Below are positions 38,968 through 49,598 of a stretch of 56,701 nt of DNA, piece after piece. The position numbers were made by a program, and so were the translations under genes. Below the pieces are notes generated by a model. It did no database searches. It was given only the letters and a program-made list of their open reading frames with translations, and had not been told where the DNA came from. This DNA is from an uncultured Opitutales bacterium (GTDB taxonomy: Bacteria > Verrucomicrobiota > Verrucomicrobiia > Opitutales > JABSRG01), in contig CAYQKH010000004.1 in assembly GCA_964417945.1 (NCBI GenBank), positions 1 to 56,701 on the forward strand. The letters run 5' to 3'. Each line of letters starts with the position of its first letter. The stretch's first letter is position 1.

Positions 38968-39600
38968 TCAATCGCGAACATACGGGTTGCTCTGCCGCTC
39001 CCTCCCAACCGTGGTGGCGGGGCCATGCCCCGGATAAACCACCGTATCGTCCGGAAGCGTATAGATCTGGTCCTTGATCGAGCCCTCGAGGGTTGACCAA
39101 TCCCCGCCAGGAAGATCGAAACGCCCAACCCCTCCCGCAAAGAGCGCGTCTCCGCCAAATGCCGCCCCCGCATCGGGAAAATAAAAAAGGAGACTGCCAG
39201 GCGCGTGGCCGGGAACATGCCGAACGGATACCACCTCTTCCAACAATTCCAGTGTCTCCCCGCCCTGAAGCCATGCGTCCACCGTTGCCGCAGCCCAGTC
39301 AAGCCCCGGCATCGCGAAGGACGCCATCACTTCCGGATTCTCAAAAAGGAGCCGGTCATCAGGGTGGGCATAAGTCTTGGCTCCCCGCTCACGAATCTTT
39401 TCTGCGTCAAGCATATGGTCCCAGTGCCCATGCGTCAAAAGCAGGACGTCTACCTTCGTTCCGGTTTTCTCCTCCAAGCTGCAGATTTCCTCGAGTGCTC
39501 CCGGCGGGGCGTCCACCAGAACGGCGGAAGAACCGCCCTCCCGGTAAAGAAAAAAAGCGTTGGTCCCGAGCGGGCCGCATTCGAATCCAATGATCGTCAT
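38968..39600 (-). CDS. MBL-fold metallo-hydrolase (glyoxalase II-like)
   Basis: [10 protein letters not shown] metal motif, downstream His/Asp ligands ([13 protein letters not shown]), and PGHGP near the C-terminus. Confidence 0.85.
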   Translation of the reverse strand: MTIIGFECGPLGTNAFFLYREGGSSAVLVDAPPGALEEICSLEEKTGTKVDVLLLTHGHWDHMLDAEKIRERGAKTYAHPDDRLLFENPEVMASFAMPGLDWAAATVDAWLQGGETLELLEEVVSVRHVPGHAPGSLLFYFPDAGAAFGGDALFAGGVGRFDLPGGDWSTLEGSIKDQIYTLPDDTVVYPGHGPATTVGRERQSNPYVRD

Positions 39601-39649
39601 ATCAGAAAGCTTTCATTCCATGGTTTTTCCAAAAGGACAAAAAAAATCC

Positions 39650-39750
39650 CCCTTCAGACCCCTTTTCTTTCTCTTCTCAAAGGATCCCCCTCCCCTCTAA
39701 TTTTCTTTTTTCTTTTCTTTTCCCCCTCCTCTTTTTTGACTCGGCCTCTT
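39650..39750 (+). other. polypyrimidine (C/T-only runs) tract forming the leuB leader/promoter region
   Basis: Almost uninterrupted C/T sequence on the + strand: cccccttcagaccccttttctttctcttctc ... ccccctcccctctaattttcttttttcttttcttttccccctcctctttttt. There is no Shine-Dalgarno sequence before the leuB ATG. Confidence 0.8.
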
Positions 39751-39756
39751 TTTCCT

Positions 39757-40857
39757 ATGAAAACCTTGAAAATAGCCGTATTGCCCGGCGACGGCATTGG
39801 ACCCGAAGTAATGGAGCAAGCGCGACTGGTTCTTGACAAGGTGGCCTCCATTCATGATTTGGACTTTGAATTCATGGAGGCCGAGGTAGGAGGTATTGCC
39901 ATTGATCACCAGGGTGAGGCACTCCCCGAGTCTACGCTCAAGGTTTGCCGCCAGGCAGATGCCATTCTTTTTGGCTCCGTTGGAGGCCCTGAATGGGAAA
40001 ACCTGCCTCCGAAGGAACAGCCCGAGCGGGCCGCCCTTCTGCCCTTGAGAAAACACTTCCGGCTCTTCGCCAATCTGCGCCCGGGCTTGCTCTACACCTC
40101 CCTTCTTGAAGCCTCCCCGCTGAAGAATGAGATCATCCCGAACGGGATCGATATCCTCTGTGTCCGGGAATTGACTGGAGGCATCTACTTCGGTGAGCCG
40201 CGCGCCACCAAAGAACTTGTCGATGGCGATATTGAAGCCATCGACACCATGATCTACCGGAAAAGTGAGATCGAACGGATCGTCCGAATCGCCGTTTCTG
40301 CCGCCCAGAATCGGAAAAAACGCATCTGCCTTGTCGACAAGGCCAACGTCCTCGAAACCTCCGTTCTCTGGCGGCGCACGGTGCAGAATTATATTCGAGA
40401 CTACGCCCCGGATATGCAGCTTCAATGCATGTATGTGGATAACGCAGCCATGCAGTTGGTTCGAAATCCCAACCAGTTCGATGTGATCGTTACGGAAAAT
40501 CTCTTCGGGGATATCCTGTCCGATGAAATGGGCGTTGTTTGCGGATCCCTTGGCATGTTGGCCTCCGCCAGTCTCGGCCTGATTGAAAACAGCCACGACC
40601 ATCCCTTCGGCCTCTTCGAACCGGCGGGGGGAACCGCTCCGGATATTGCCGGCAAAAGTCTCGCCAATCCCTGCGCCCAAATCCTCAGCGCCGCCCTTAT
40701 GCTGCGCTATAGCTTCGGGTTGGAAAATGTCGCCGCTTCTATCGAAAATGCCGTCCGCGTAGTCGTTGATCAAGGCGTTCGCACCGGTGATATCGCCTTT
40801 GGCAAATCTTCTGTCTCCACATCCGAAATGGGGGATGCTATTCGCCGCGCCCTTTGA
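39757..40857 (+). CDS. leuB: 3-isopropylmalate dehydrogenase
   Basis: [18 protein letters not shown] start, [33 protein letters not shown], and [15 protein letters not shown]. The long ORF from 39205 is an upstream read-in over the divergent MBL gene. Confidence 0.95.
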   Translation: MKTLKIAVLPGDGIGPEVMEQARLVLDKVASIHDLDFEFMEAEVGGIAIDHQGEALPESTLKVCRQADAILFGSVGGPEWENLPPKEQPERAALLPLRKHFRLFANLRPGLLYTSLLEASPLKNEIIPNGIDILCVRELTGGIYFGEPRATKELVDGDIEAIDTMIYRKSEIERIVRIAVSAAQNRKKRICLVDKANVLETSVLWRRTVQNYIRDYAPDMQLQCMYVDNAAMQLVRNPNQFDVIVTENLFGDILSDEMGVVCGSLGMLASASLGLIENSHDHPFGLFEPAGGTAPDIAGKSLANPCAQILSAALMLRYSFGLENVAASIENAVRVVVDQGVRTGDIAFGKSSVSTSEMGDAIRRAL

Positions 40858-40886
40858 CCGCAGCCGCGCCAGCCAACCCGTCCGTC

Positions 40887-43646
40887 ATGACCACTGATCA
40901 TTACCGGCAGACCTTTCTGGATTTTTTCAGGGACAAAAGCCACGAGATCGTGCCGTCCGCTTCCCTCATGCCCACCGCCCCCAACCTGCTCTTTACGAAC
41001 GCGGGCATGAACCAGTTTGTCCCCTTTTTCCTCGGCGAACGCGATGCGCCCTGGCCCCGTGCGGCCGACACCCAGAAGTGCATCCGAGCCGGCGGTAAGC
41101 ACAACGATCTCGAAGATGTCGGATTCGATACCTATCACCACACCTTTTTTGAAATGTTGGGCAACTGGTCCTTCGGGGATTATTTCAAGGAAGAGGCCCT
41201 CGCCTGGTCGTGGGAATTGCTCACCGGCGTTTGGAATATCCCCATGGAGCGCCTTTATGTCACCGTTTACCGCCCCGGTCCCGGTGAGCCCGCCGGGCCC
41301 GATGAGGAGGCCTATGCGATCTGGAAAAAGATCCTTGAAGCCGACGGCCTCAACTCGGACCAACACATCCTTTTTGGGGACAAGGCCGATAACTTCTGGA
41401 TGATGGGAGAGACCGGACCTTGTGGCCCCTGCAGTGAGATTCACCTCGATTGCACCGAAAATGGGGATACTGCGGGTAACCTTGTCAACCAGGATTCCGC
41501 CTGGTGCATGGAAATCTGGAATAATGTATTTATCCAGTTCAATGCCACTGCCGATGGGAGCTTCGTGCCGCTTCGGCAACGGCACGTTGATACCGGGCTC
41601 GGCCTCGAACGAGTGGCCGGTATCGCCGCCACCACCGATGGCTTCACCCGTTTCGGCGATCTTCCCAGCAATTACAACGCCGGCGTATTTACCGCCTTCT
41701 TCAAGGTGCTGGAGGAACATACCGGACATCCCTACGGTGCCACCCTCCCCGATCGACGGGAGAACCTGGATCCCCCCGTCCTGAAGGATTGCGCTTACCG
41801 AGTCATCGCGGATCACTTGCGCTGCCTTAGTTGTGCCATCGCCGACGGCATCCTTCCCGGAAACGAAGGCCGGAATTATGTCATCCGGCGGATCCTCCGC
41901 CGCGCCGTCCTCTGGGCCGGTCGCATTGGCCTGGAAAAAGGGTGTCTCGACACGCTCGTCCCCGTGGTGGTCGACTCCCTCGGACCGGTTTTTCCTGAAA
42001 TCCAAGAACGGCAGGACGTGATCCGCAAGGTCATCGCCTCCGAGGAGAGCGCCTTTGACAAGACCGTCGACCGGGGTGTCCAGATGCTTGAAAAACTCTT
42101 CGAGCAATACCCTGGTGAGATTCCCGGTGCCGCCGCATTTGAACTCTACGATACCTATGGCTTCCCGCTTGATCTGACCCAGCTCATGGCGCGTGAAAAG
42201 GGCTGTATCGTCGACGAGGCCGGATTCCAGCGGGAAATGGAAAAGCAGCGAGAGCGAGCCCGTGCCGCCCAGAAAAAAGAGGTCATCGAGGTCCGCTCGA
42301 CGAACAACCCCGACCAGGCAACCCGCTTCTTCGGGTTCGAGCCGGAACACCTCGAGCAATTTCCAACCCGCTTCCTCGGAGTCGAGAGCAGCAAACGCGG
42401 CGGCCGGAACGTCCACTTTCTTATTTTCGAGTCCACTCCGTTTTATGCTGAAATGGGGGGGCAACTCGGGGATTCCGGCCATGCCGAAATCGGCGAACAT
42501 CGGTTTCCCATTGTCGATACCCAGAAAGGCCCAGGCGGACTCGTCCTCCATCAACTCAAAGAGGCGTCGCCGCCCTCCCTGGAGACCGGAACACCGGCTC
42601 GGTTGACCGTCGATCGCGGACGCCGCAACGCCATCCAGCGCCACCATACTGCCACCCACCTCCTTAATTGGGCCCTGCGGGAGACGCTCGGCAGCCATAT
42701 CCGGCAGGCCGGCTCCCTCGTCTCCCCCGGCCACCTCCGCTTTGATTTTTCGCACTTTGAGGCTATCGGTCCGGAACAGCTTCGTCACCTTGAGGCACTT
42801 GTGAACCAGGCCATTCTACAGAACGATCCCGTTCAGTATTACGAGATCGCGATGGAGGATAAGCCTGAGGATGTGATCGCCGTCTTCGGCGAAAAATACG
42901 GAAACCGCGTCCGGGTTGTCGATATTGGCGCGGAATTGGACCTGACCCCCGAAGGCGGGCTTGACCTCCGGAAAAGCCCCGGCTATTCCGCTGAGCTGTG
43001 CGGGGGCACCCATGTCCGCGCGACGGGTGAGGTCGGCCCCTTTATCATTCTTTCCGAAAGTTCCATTGCCGCGGGTACCCGCCGCATCGAAGCCGTCGCA
43101 GGGCTCTCCGCCCTCCAGCGCTTCCAGTCCCTCCAGGACGAGCGGGAACAGTTTGCCTCCATCCTTTCCTGCTCCTCTGAACAGCTTCACGAACGCCTTC
43201 AGGGCCTCATCGAGTCCCGAAAGGACTTAGAGGCACGGCTGCGTTCCATCGAACAGAAGACTGCATCCACTACCGCCGCGGAATTCGCGGAATCCGCCAA
43301 AGTCGTCGACGCCCTCTCGTGGGTCGTCTCTACTGTGAAAGTTTCCAACCCAAATGATCTACGCCAGCTCGCCGTTCAGGTAGCGGATAAGCTCGAGGAT
43401 TCTGTCGTCGTTCTCGGCGCCGCCTTTGAGGATAAATGCACCGTGGTTGCCCTTGTTTCCAAAGCCGGTAATCGTGCCGGTGTAAATGCCGGCGACCTCA
43501 TCCGTGAACTCACCTCCCGTCTCGACGGCAAAGGCGGTGGCAAGCCGGATTTCGCCATGGGCGGCGGAAAGGCCGTCGACCAGCTGGAACCGGTCTTTGA
43601 ATCCTTTCGGCAGGGCCTTGGCTCCGGTGGAGAAGTCTCCGCGTGA
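40887..43646 (+). CDS. alaS: alanine--tRNA ligase
   Basis: FLDFFRDKSHEIVPSASL, FTNAGMNQF, RAGGKHNDLEDVG, HHTFFEMLGNWSFGDYFK, editing domain HHTATHLL...CGGTHV, and a C-terminal DHHA1 domain. I prefer the ATG at 40887 over the TTG at 40854. Confidence 0.96.
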   Translation: MTTDHYRQTFLDFFRDKSHEIVPSASLMPTAPNLLFTNAGMNQFVPFFLGERDAPWPRAADTQKCIRAGGKHNDLEDVGFDTYHHTFFEMLGNWSFGDYFKEEALAWSWELLTGVWNIPMERLYVTVYRPGPGEPAGPDEEAYAIWKKILEADGLNSDQHILFGDKADNFWMMGETGPCGPCSEIHLDCTENGDTAGNLVNQDSAWCMEIWNNVFIQFNATADGSFVPLRQRHVDTGLGLERVAGIAATTDGFTRFGDLPSNYNAGVFTAFFKVLEEHTGHPYGATLPDRRENLDPPVLKDCAYRVIADHLRCLSCAIADGILPGNEGRNYVIRRILRRAVLWAGRIGLEKGCLDTLVPVVVDSLGPVFPEIQERQDVIRKVIASEESAFDKTVDRGVQMLEKLFEQYPGEIPGAAAFELYDTYGFPLDLTQLMAREKGCIVDEAGFQREMEKQRERARAAQKKEVIEVRSTNNPDQATRFFGFEPEHLEQFPTRFLGVESSKRGGRNVHFLIFESTPFYAEMGGQLGDSGHAEIGEHRFPIVDTQKGPGGLVLHQLKEASPPSLETGTPARLTVDRGRRNAIQRHHTATHLLNWALRETLGSHIRQAGSLVSPGHLRFDFSHFEAIGPEQLRHLEALVNQAILQNDPVQYYEIAMEDKPEDVIAVFGEKYGNRVRVVDIGAELDLTPEGGLDLRKSPGYSAELCGGTHVRATGEVGPFIILSESSIAAGTRRIEAVAGLSALQRFQSLQDEREQFASILSCSSEQLHERLQGLIESRKDLEARLRSIEQKTASTTAAEFAESAKVVDALSWVVSTVKVSNPNDLRQLAVQVADKLEDSVVVLGAAFEDKCTVVALVSKAGNRAGVNAGDLIRELTSRLDGKGGGKPDFAMGGGKAVDQLEPVFESFRQGLGSGGEVSA

Positions 43647-43737
43647 GCCCTCTTCAGGGAACCGGAATGCTTCCCAACAGTCCATTTCCTTTCAAACCGG
43701 GGTCCACCCCCGTCGTCTATCCGCCTGCCTGTATCCA

Positions 43738-46659
43738 ATGTCTCTTCCGCGCTCCATTCTGATTCCCGCTTTTTTCGCCCTTCTTATTCCCTCGCTTTTT
43801 CTCTCGGGAGCCTATGACCTGCGGGAAGGTGGCTGGGCTCATGAATCTTCCGACCTCCAGCCTCACCCAGACCTTGTTTTCGGCACCCTCGACAACGGCC
43901 TCCGTTACGTCTTCCTTCCCCATGACGGGGTGCCCGGCCGAGTCAGCATGCGCCTTATCGTCCTCGCAGGTTCCATGGATGAAACAGAAAAGGAACGCGG
44001 ACTCGCGCACTTCCTCGAACACATGGCTTTCAACGGAACGACCCATTTCGACGAGGACGAGATTACCGGCTATTTCCAGCGGCTCGGCATGGAATTCGGG
44101 AGCGATGTCAACGCCTACACCACCGGCAACCGGACCGTCTACGGGCTCGAATTTTATCGCACCGACCCCGATCTCATCCGCCAGGGCTTTTCCCTTGTTC
44201 GCGACTTCGCGGGGGAACTCCTCCTCAAGCAGGAAGAAGTCGAGAAAGAACGCGGTGTCATCCTGAGCGAGTTGCGGATCCACGATGGGATCGGTATGCG
44301 CCGGAATGAGGCTGCAAAGGCCTTCTTCTTTGATGGGATGCGCTTCCCGGAAAGAAACCCCATCGGACTCACCCCCATTATTAAGAACGCCAATCGTCAG
44401 GACCTTTTTGGCTTTTACCAGCGGCTCTACCGCCCGGACCTCATGGTCTTTGTCGTCGTTGGGGATCTCGAACCCGCCGAATATGCCTCCCGGACCCGCG
44501 AATTCTTCGGCCCGCTGGAACGTCCGCGAAGCCCCATCCCGAAGCGGGAGGAAGGCCGACTCAGGGCAAAGGATTATCCACGGGTCGACCTCCTCCAGAT
44601 TCGCAACTCCGGTTCCCTTAATATCCAGGCAGCCTCCATCCAAAGCGCCCCCACCCTGCTTGATTCGCTTGAATCGCGGAGGGAGGAAACCTTCAAGCGC
44701 CTCGCTTCCGCCCTCTTTGGCAAGCGTCTCCGCGAACGGATTCCGCGTTCGGGCGGTGGAAGCAGCGAATTCTTTCGTGAGGGCTCGATTGCCGCCGGGA
44801 TTGCTTCCCTGCAATTGAATCCACAGGAATGGGAGCGGGGCGTTGTTGCGATCGACGACCTCGTTCGGTCCACTCTCAGCGGTGGGTTCGACGAGGAGGA
44901 ACTCCGGCCTTTTCTCAATGGAGCCCTTCTCGATATGAAAATCCAGAAGGCACAGGGTCGCACGATGGATCCGAAGCTGCTTGCCGACGAGTTGGTCGAT
45001 GCCCTCGCGGAGGGCAAAGTCTTTCTCGGCTACGAACAAGGAATCCAACTCGAGGAGCGCTTCCTTCAGGAAGCTTCCCTCTCTGATGTCGATCGGGCAT
45101 TCAACCAGATCTGGAATCCTAACCAGATGGCCTATTTCCTCAGCGGAGAAATTCAGATTCCCGGGGGCTCCCGGAAAGTGGCTTCCGCCATCCGGGATGC
45201 CCGTAAGCGAAATCCGGAAATTCAGGGATCGGTGGCCCTCGGCCCCGGCCAGCTCTTGATGGAGCAGCTGAGGGATCCCGAGACCATTCAGCTGTATCGC
45301 CCGGACAAGACCGGAACCGTCGTCGAGGAGCGAACGCTTCCCGACTTTAACGCCCACCTCATCAAATTTGAGAACAACGTCCGGCTGAATTTTATTCAGA
45401 GCGACCTCGAGCCGGGTCTCGTCCGTGTCGTCGTCCGCACCGGGGAGGGGCTTTTCCAGAAGGCCAACGTCCCCATGGGTCTCCGGGAATTTGCGCTCGA
45501 AACCGTTTTTGCCAGCGGGACCGACCGCTATTCCATCGAGCAGATCGGGAACTTCATCAGCGAAGATGTCTTCCAGTTCAGCTTCGACCTTGAGGACCAC
45601 GACGCCTTCACCTTTCGCGGGATCACACAGGTCCAGAATCTCGAAAAATTCTTTGCCGTTCTGAGTGAATTTCTTCGCAACCCCCGCTTTTCCCATGAGG
45701 TCCACCGTTCCGTCCGCTTCCGGGCCGCCATGAACCGCATGCAGAGCAGCGTTGGTCTCGGGAACGGGATGCGCGCCTTTCAGGACCACCTCTTTGCCAC
45801 CGATGCCCGTTTCGGGTGGGGTGGCCCGGACGACTATCGCTCCCTCCGGGTCAGCCATGTCCGCGAATTCATCGAGGAAGCCCTTACCCGCGATTACGTT
45901 GAGGTGTCCGTAATCGGAGACATCAAAAAGGATGCCGTCGTTAAATATGCCGCCCCGACCTTCGGCAGCCTTCCCGAGCGACGCGATCAAAAGCGCCGGT
46001 TCCGTCCCAATCCAGTTGCTATTGATGCCCCCGCCGGGTTCGAGCGCCTCGAATTCACCGGCGAAACGCACCAGGCGGTCGCTCTCGGTCTCTGGCCCGT
46101 CCTCGAGGAATCCCGTTTCCAAGACCGCCTCGGACTGCTTGTGATCAGCCGGGTCCTCGAACAGCGCATGCGCATGCTTTTCCGCGAGCGTCTCGGCATG
46201 GCCTACTCGCCCCAGGCCGAATACCTTCCCTTTCCGGAATACCCTGAATTTTCCTCCATCCGGGCAATGGTTGACTGCGCTCCCGAGCACGCCGGAGAAA
46301 TCGCCCGAGCCCTTGCCGATATTGCCCAGGAACTCGCTCTCGAGGGGATGACCGAGGACGAATTCATCGGTGCAATCAACCCGGTGCAATCCCGCCTCAC
46401 CCAATCCTTACGAAACAACAGCACCCTTCTTAACCGCTTGCTCAAGCGCGCACAGGAAAACCCGCGGACCATCGAAGAAATGCGAGCCGTTCGCGGCGGC
46501 GCTTATCTCGACCTCGACCGGGACACCGTCAATGCTCTCGCCGCGCGAGTTCTGCAGCGCGATTTCGCGCGCACCGCCGCCGTCGTCCCCAAGCCCTTTG
46601 TCGGGGTCTTTAATATCGAATCCGGCGCATCCGACGGCCTGCCCATTATTGGCCGCTAG
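43738..46659 (+). CDS. M16 (pitrilysin/insulinase) family zinc peptidase, double-length secreted form
   Basis: Signal peptide MSLPRSILIPAFFALLIPSLFLSG. Inverted zinc motif HFLEHMAFNGT with a downstream Glu (ERGVILSE). A second inactive M16 half is present. The ATG at 43738 lies inside the longer ORF from 43486. Confidence 0.88.
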   Translation: MSLPRSILIPAFFALLIPSLFLSGAYDLREGGWAHESSDLQPHPDLVFGTLDNGLRYVFLPHDGVPGRVSMRLIVLAGSMDETEKERGLAHFLEHMAFNGTTHFDEDEITGYFQRLGMEFGSDVNAYTTGNRTVYGLEFYRTDPDLIRQGFSLVRDFAGELLLKQEEVEKERGVILSELRIHDGIGMRRNEAAKAFFFDGMRFPERNPIGLTPIIKNANRQDLFGFYQRLYRPDLMVFVVVGDLEPAEYASRTREFFGPLERPRSPIPKREEGRLRAKDYPRVDLLQIRNSGSLNIQAASIQSAPTLLDSLESRREETFKRLASALFGKRLRERIPRSGGGSSEFFREGSIAAGIASLQLNPQEWERGVVAIDDLVRSTLSGGFDEEELRPFLNGALLDMKIQKAQGRTMDPKLLADELVDALAEGKVFLGYEQGIQLEERFLQEASLSDVDRAFNQIWNPNQMAYFLSGEIQIPGGSRKVASAIRDARKRNPEIQGSVALGPGQLLMEQLRDPETIQLYRPDKTGTVVEERTLPDFNAHLIKFENNVRLNFIQSDLEPGLVRVVVRTGEGLFQKANVPMGLREFALETVFASGTDRYSIEQIGNFISEDVFQFSFDLEDHDAFTFRGITQVQNLEKFFAVLSEFLRNPRFSHEVHRSVRFRAAMNRMQSSVGLGNGMRAFQDHLFATDARFGWGGPDDYRSLRVSHVREFIEEALTRDYVEVSVIGDIKKDAVVKYAAPTFGSLPERRDQKRRFRPNPVAIDAPAGFERLEFTGETHQAVALGLWPVLEESRFQDRLGLLVISRVLEQRMRMLFRERLGMAYSPQAEYLPFPEYPEFSSIRAMVDCAPEHAGEIARALADIAQELALEGMTEDEFIGAINPVQSRLTQSLRNNSTLLNRLLKRAQENPRTIEEMRAVRGGAYLDLDRDTVNALAARVLQRDFARTAAVVPKPFVGVFNIESGASDGLPIIGR

Positions 46660-47243
46660 GCATAGACCAGCAACATCTCGTTGATCGCCGAGTCCTCAAG
46701 GAGCCGACGATCCACCAGCGATAGGCGGCGTCGGTCCCCGCGAAAATGGCGGACGATTTCCTCGGCCTGGCCACGGGTCTGAATGTCCTCGATGATCAGG
46801 ACACCACCCTCCTCAAGTAGCTGCACGTAGTGATTAAGGAAGAAAACCCAGCTTTCCAGGGTGTGCGACCCGTCGTCGATAATTACCCCAAAGCACCGTC
46901 CTGAAAAATGGTCCCGAATGAAGGCTTCGGTGTAGGCGTCCCCATAGTAAGTCTTCACCCCGCTCGTCGTTAACACCCCGTCTACCTCCTCGCGGAATAC
47001 GGCATCCACCACATGAACCTCTGTCGCCGGAAAGTAACGCTTCCACATTAAGGCTCCTCCGCCCTGGCCGATGCCAATCTCCAGGAATTGCTTCAGCCGA
47101 GGCCGCATCGGCTCCAGCAACGGACCGTAATACTCAGTGTACCAGTGGGGCGACAGCTTCGCCCGACCGTAGACCGGAAGGCCACTGCGATCAGTGCGTC
47201 CGATGGTTCGGCTCAACTCCGTCAATGGGTGCATCCTGCTCAA
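46656..47243 (-). CDS. class I SAM-dependent methyltransferase
   Basis: SAM motif I FLEIGIGQGGGALMW, an acidic residue after beta-2 (VHVVDA), and a motif post-I/II (VIIDDGSH). The stop overlaps the M16 peptidase stop by 4 nt (convergent). Confidence 0.75.
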   Translation of the reverse strand: MSRMHPLTELSRTIGRTDRSGLPVYGRAKLSPHWYTEYYGPLLEPMRPRLKQFLEIGIGQGGGALMWKRYFPATEVHVVDAVFREEVDGVLTTSGVKTYYGDAYTEAFIRDHFSGRCFGVIIDDGSHTLESWVFFLNHYVQLLEEGGVLIIEDIQTRGQAEEIVRHFRGDRRRLSLVDRRLLEDSAINEMLLVYA

Positions 47244-47258
47244 ACGGTCGAGGGGCTC

Positions 47259-49505
47259 TCAGCCCAGGTCTTGGCTCGGCTGGTAGCGGAAGACGATGGT
47301 CGATAATCCGGGCAGGCTCAACTTGAGGGAGTCGTCCCGCCCGTCCCAGGGAATCGATTCGGAGAACAGTCCTCCCGCATTTCCGATGTTATCCCCTCCA
47401 TAGCGCACCCCGTCGGTATTCAGGACTTCCTTCCAGAAGCCAGAATACGGCACCCCTGCACGGTAATGCTCACGATCCACCGGGGTGAAGTTCGAAAAGA
47501 CCGCAAACGTGTTCTCCGGGCAGTCCCCCATGCGCAGGAAGCTCACCACGCAATGGTCAGAGTCGCTGCCATTGATCCACTGGAAGCCCTGTGGATCGTT
47601 ATCCCGCGCTGCAAGGACCGGGTGATCCCGGTAAAACCGGTTTAAGTCCCCGACCAGCTCAAGGATCCCGAGGTGATCCTTGTATTGGAGCAGGTGCCAA
47701 TCCAGCGAGTGATCGTACTTCCACTCCGCAGATTGACCGAACTCCCCGCCCATGAAAAGTGTCTTCTTCCCCGGCCAAAACCACATGAACGCGTATAGGG
47801 CCCGTAAATTCCGTGACTTGTCCCGGATCCCCGGCAAGGGCATTTTATTCAGCATCGACCCCTTCAGGTGAACCACCTCGTCATGCGAAAACGCCAGCAC
47901 GAAATTCTCCGAATACTGGTAGATCATTGCGAAGGTCAGCTGGTTCAAATGATACTTCCGGTGGACCGGATCCTTCCCTAGGAAGACCAGGGTGTCGTTC
48001 ATCCAGCCCATATTCCATTTGAAGTCGAAACCAAGCCCGCCCGCCTCCGTCGGAGCGGTCACTCCGCCGTAGGAGGTCGATTCTTCCGCAATCGTCATCA
48101 CCCCTGGGTAGTCGCGGTGAATGAGATCATTGGTCCGCCGCAGGAAGCGGATCGCCTCAAGGTTTTCGTTCCCACCGAATTCATTTGGGATCCAGTCTTC
48201 CCGGCTGTAGTCCAGATAAAGCATCGATGCGACCGCATCCACACGCAGACCGTCAATATGAAAGCGATCCAGCCAGCAAAGTGCCGATCCCGCGAGAAAA
48301 CAACTCACCTCGTGGCGCCCGTAATTAAAAATCAATGTGTCCCAGTCCTGGTGGTAGCCCTGCCGGGGGTCGGCATGCTCATACAAGTGAGTGCCGTCAA
48401 ACTCCGCGAGGGCGAAGGCGTCTTTTGGGAAATGCCCCGGAACCCAGTCAATTAGCACGCCAATTCCGTTCTGGTGCAACTGGTCCACCAGATACATGAA
48501 ATCTTGGGGGGCTCCAAAACGATTGGTCGGCGCGAAAAAACCGGTTACCTGATAGCCCCATGAGCCGTCAAACGGATGCTCCGCCAGGGGCAGAAACTCG
48601 ACGTGGGTAAACCCATTGTTTTTCAGGTAGGGCACCAACTCGGAAGCCATTTCCCGATAGGTGAGCGGGCGGTTGCCGTCCTCCACCACGCGCTTCCAGG
48701 ATCCGAGGTGGACCTCGTAGACGGAGATCGGCTCCCGTATCCAATCCCGTGAGGGGCGGGCCTCCATCCATTCTCGGTCCCGCCAGGTATAGTCCGTGAC
48801 GTCCCAAACCACGGATGCGTTGTGCGGCGGCGGCTCGAAATACGTGCCATAGGGATCCGATTTCAGCCGGAGGTGCCCGTCCTTGCCGAAAAGCTCATAC
48901 TTATACTTTATTCCCACCGAAAGTCCGGGGATAAAGATTTCCCAAACCCCGCTGTTCCCGAGGTGGCGCATCGGGTGGTAGCGCCCGTCCCATTGGTTGA
49001 AATCGCCGACCACCGAAACCCGCGCCGCATTGGGGGCCCAAACCGCAAACGCTACCCCCGGGACACCCTTCACCTTCTTCGGGTGGGCACCCAGCTTCTC
49101 GTAGATCTTTAACTCCGTTCCCTCGTTAAAAAGGTAGAGGTCCTGATCTGAGAGCAGGCTTTCAAAAGCGTAGGGGTCGTAAAACTGGCGGATCTCCCCG
49201 TTCTTTCGCTCAATTCGCAAACGGTATTGGAAACGGTCGGGTCGCACCGCGACCCCTTCGAAAATCCCCGCCGGGTGGATCCTCTTCATTGGGTAACGCG
49301 GACCGTTCTCCGTCTCCACATCCACCACTTCGCAGGCCACCGCGTCCTGGATCATCGTACGGATTATCCAAGCCCGCTCCCCATCCAACAACATCGGTTG
49401 CATTCCAAGGATCGAATGGGGTTGCGCGCTGGTTGCCTCCGTCAAGGATTCGATTTCCGCATCCTTCGTCCAGATTTCCGCTTTCGGTTTCTTTTTATCA
49501 GCCAT
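47259..49505 (-). CDS. glgB: 1,4-alpha-glucan branching enzyme
   Basis: GH13 catalytic blocks (DWVPGHF, GLRVDAVASMLY, IAEEST, FVLAFSHDE) plus the N-terminal CBM48 region. 748 aa. Confidence 0.95.
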   Translation of the reverse strand: MADKKKPKAEIWTKDAEIESLTEATSAQPHSILGMQPMLLDGERAWIIRTMIQDAVACEVVDVETENGPRYPMKRIHPAGIFEGVAVRPDRFQYRLRIERKNGEIRQFYDPYAFESLLSDQDLYLFNEGTELKIYEKLGAHPKKVKGVPGVAFAVWAPNAARVSVVGDFNQWDGRYHPMRHLGNSGVWEIFIPGLSVGIKYKYELFGKDGHLRLKSDPYGTYFEPPPHNASVVWDVTDYTWRDREWMEARPSRDWIREPISVYEVHLGSWKRVVEDGNRPLTYREMASELVPYLKNNGFTHVEFLPLAEHPFDGSWGYQVTGFFAPTNRFGAPQDFMYLVDQLHQNGIGVLIDWVPGHFPKDAFALAEFDGTHLYEHADPRQGYHQDWDTLIFNYGRHEVSCFLAGSALCWLDRFHIDGLRVDAVASMLYLDYSREDWIPNEFGGNENLEAIRFLRRTNDLIHRDYPGVMTIAEESTSYGGVTAPTEAGGLGFDFKWNMGWMNDTLVFLGKDPVHRKYHLNQLTFAMIYQYSENFVLAFSHDEVVHLKGSMLNKMPLPGIRDKSRNLRALYAFMWFWPGKKTLFMGGEFGQSAEWKYDHSLDWHLLQYKDHLGILELVGDLNRFYRDHPVLAARDNDPQGFQWINGSDSDHCVVSFLRMGDCPENTFAVFSNFTPVDREHYRAGVPYSGFWKEVLNTDGVRYGGDNIGNAGGLFSESIPWDGRDDSLKLSLPGLSTIVFRYQPSQDLG

Positions 49506-49598
49506 GCCGGGTCCTTCTATGGTTGGTGGGTTTCCGCGCTCTGTCTAGATAATACCCGTTCGCTCGCAATCCAATAAATCCTTGCCGGTCAAAATCCT

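Noticed and set aside
39205-39756. N-terminal extensions of ORF-track entries (leuB from 39205, M16 from 43486, permease from 9440, sigma from 23638, fabD from 28628, ruvA from 25855, aroE from 4939)
   Set aside because: The extensions overlap neighbouring genes or intergenic repeats and add non-homologous, low-complexity residues. Internal ATG or GTG codons coincide with the conserved protein N-termini and often with start/stop coupling.
40770-42788. 672-aa ORF on the minus strand
   Set aside because: It lies entirely antisense to alaS, whose identity is unambiguous. Its composition is low-complexity and Gly/Ala/Pro/Arg-rich, with no recognisable motifs. This is a typical GC-rich shadow ORF.
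43717-46404. 895-aa ORF on the minus strand
   Set aside because: It is antisense to the M16 peptidase gene, which carries a signal peptide and the HxxEH zinc motif. The antisense frame has no motifs and a shadow-frame composition.
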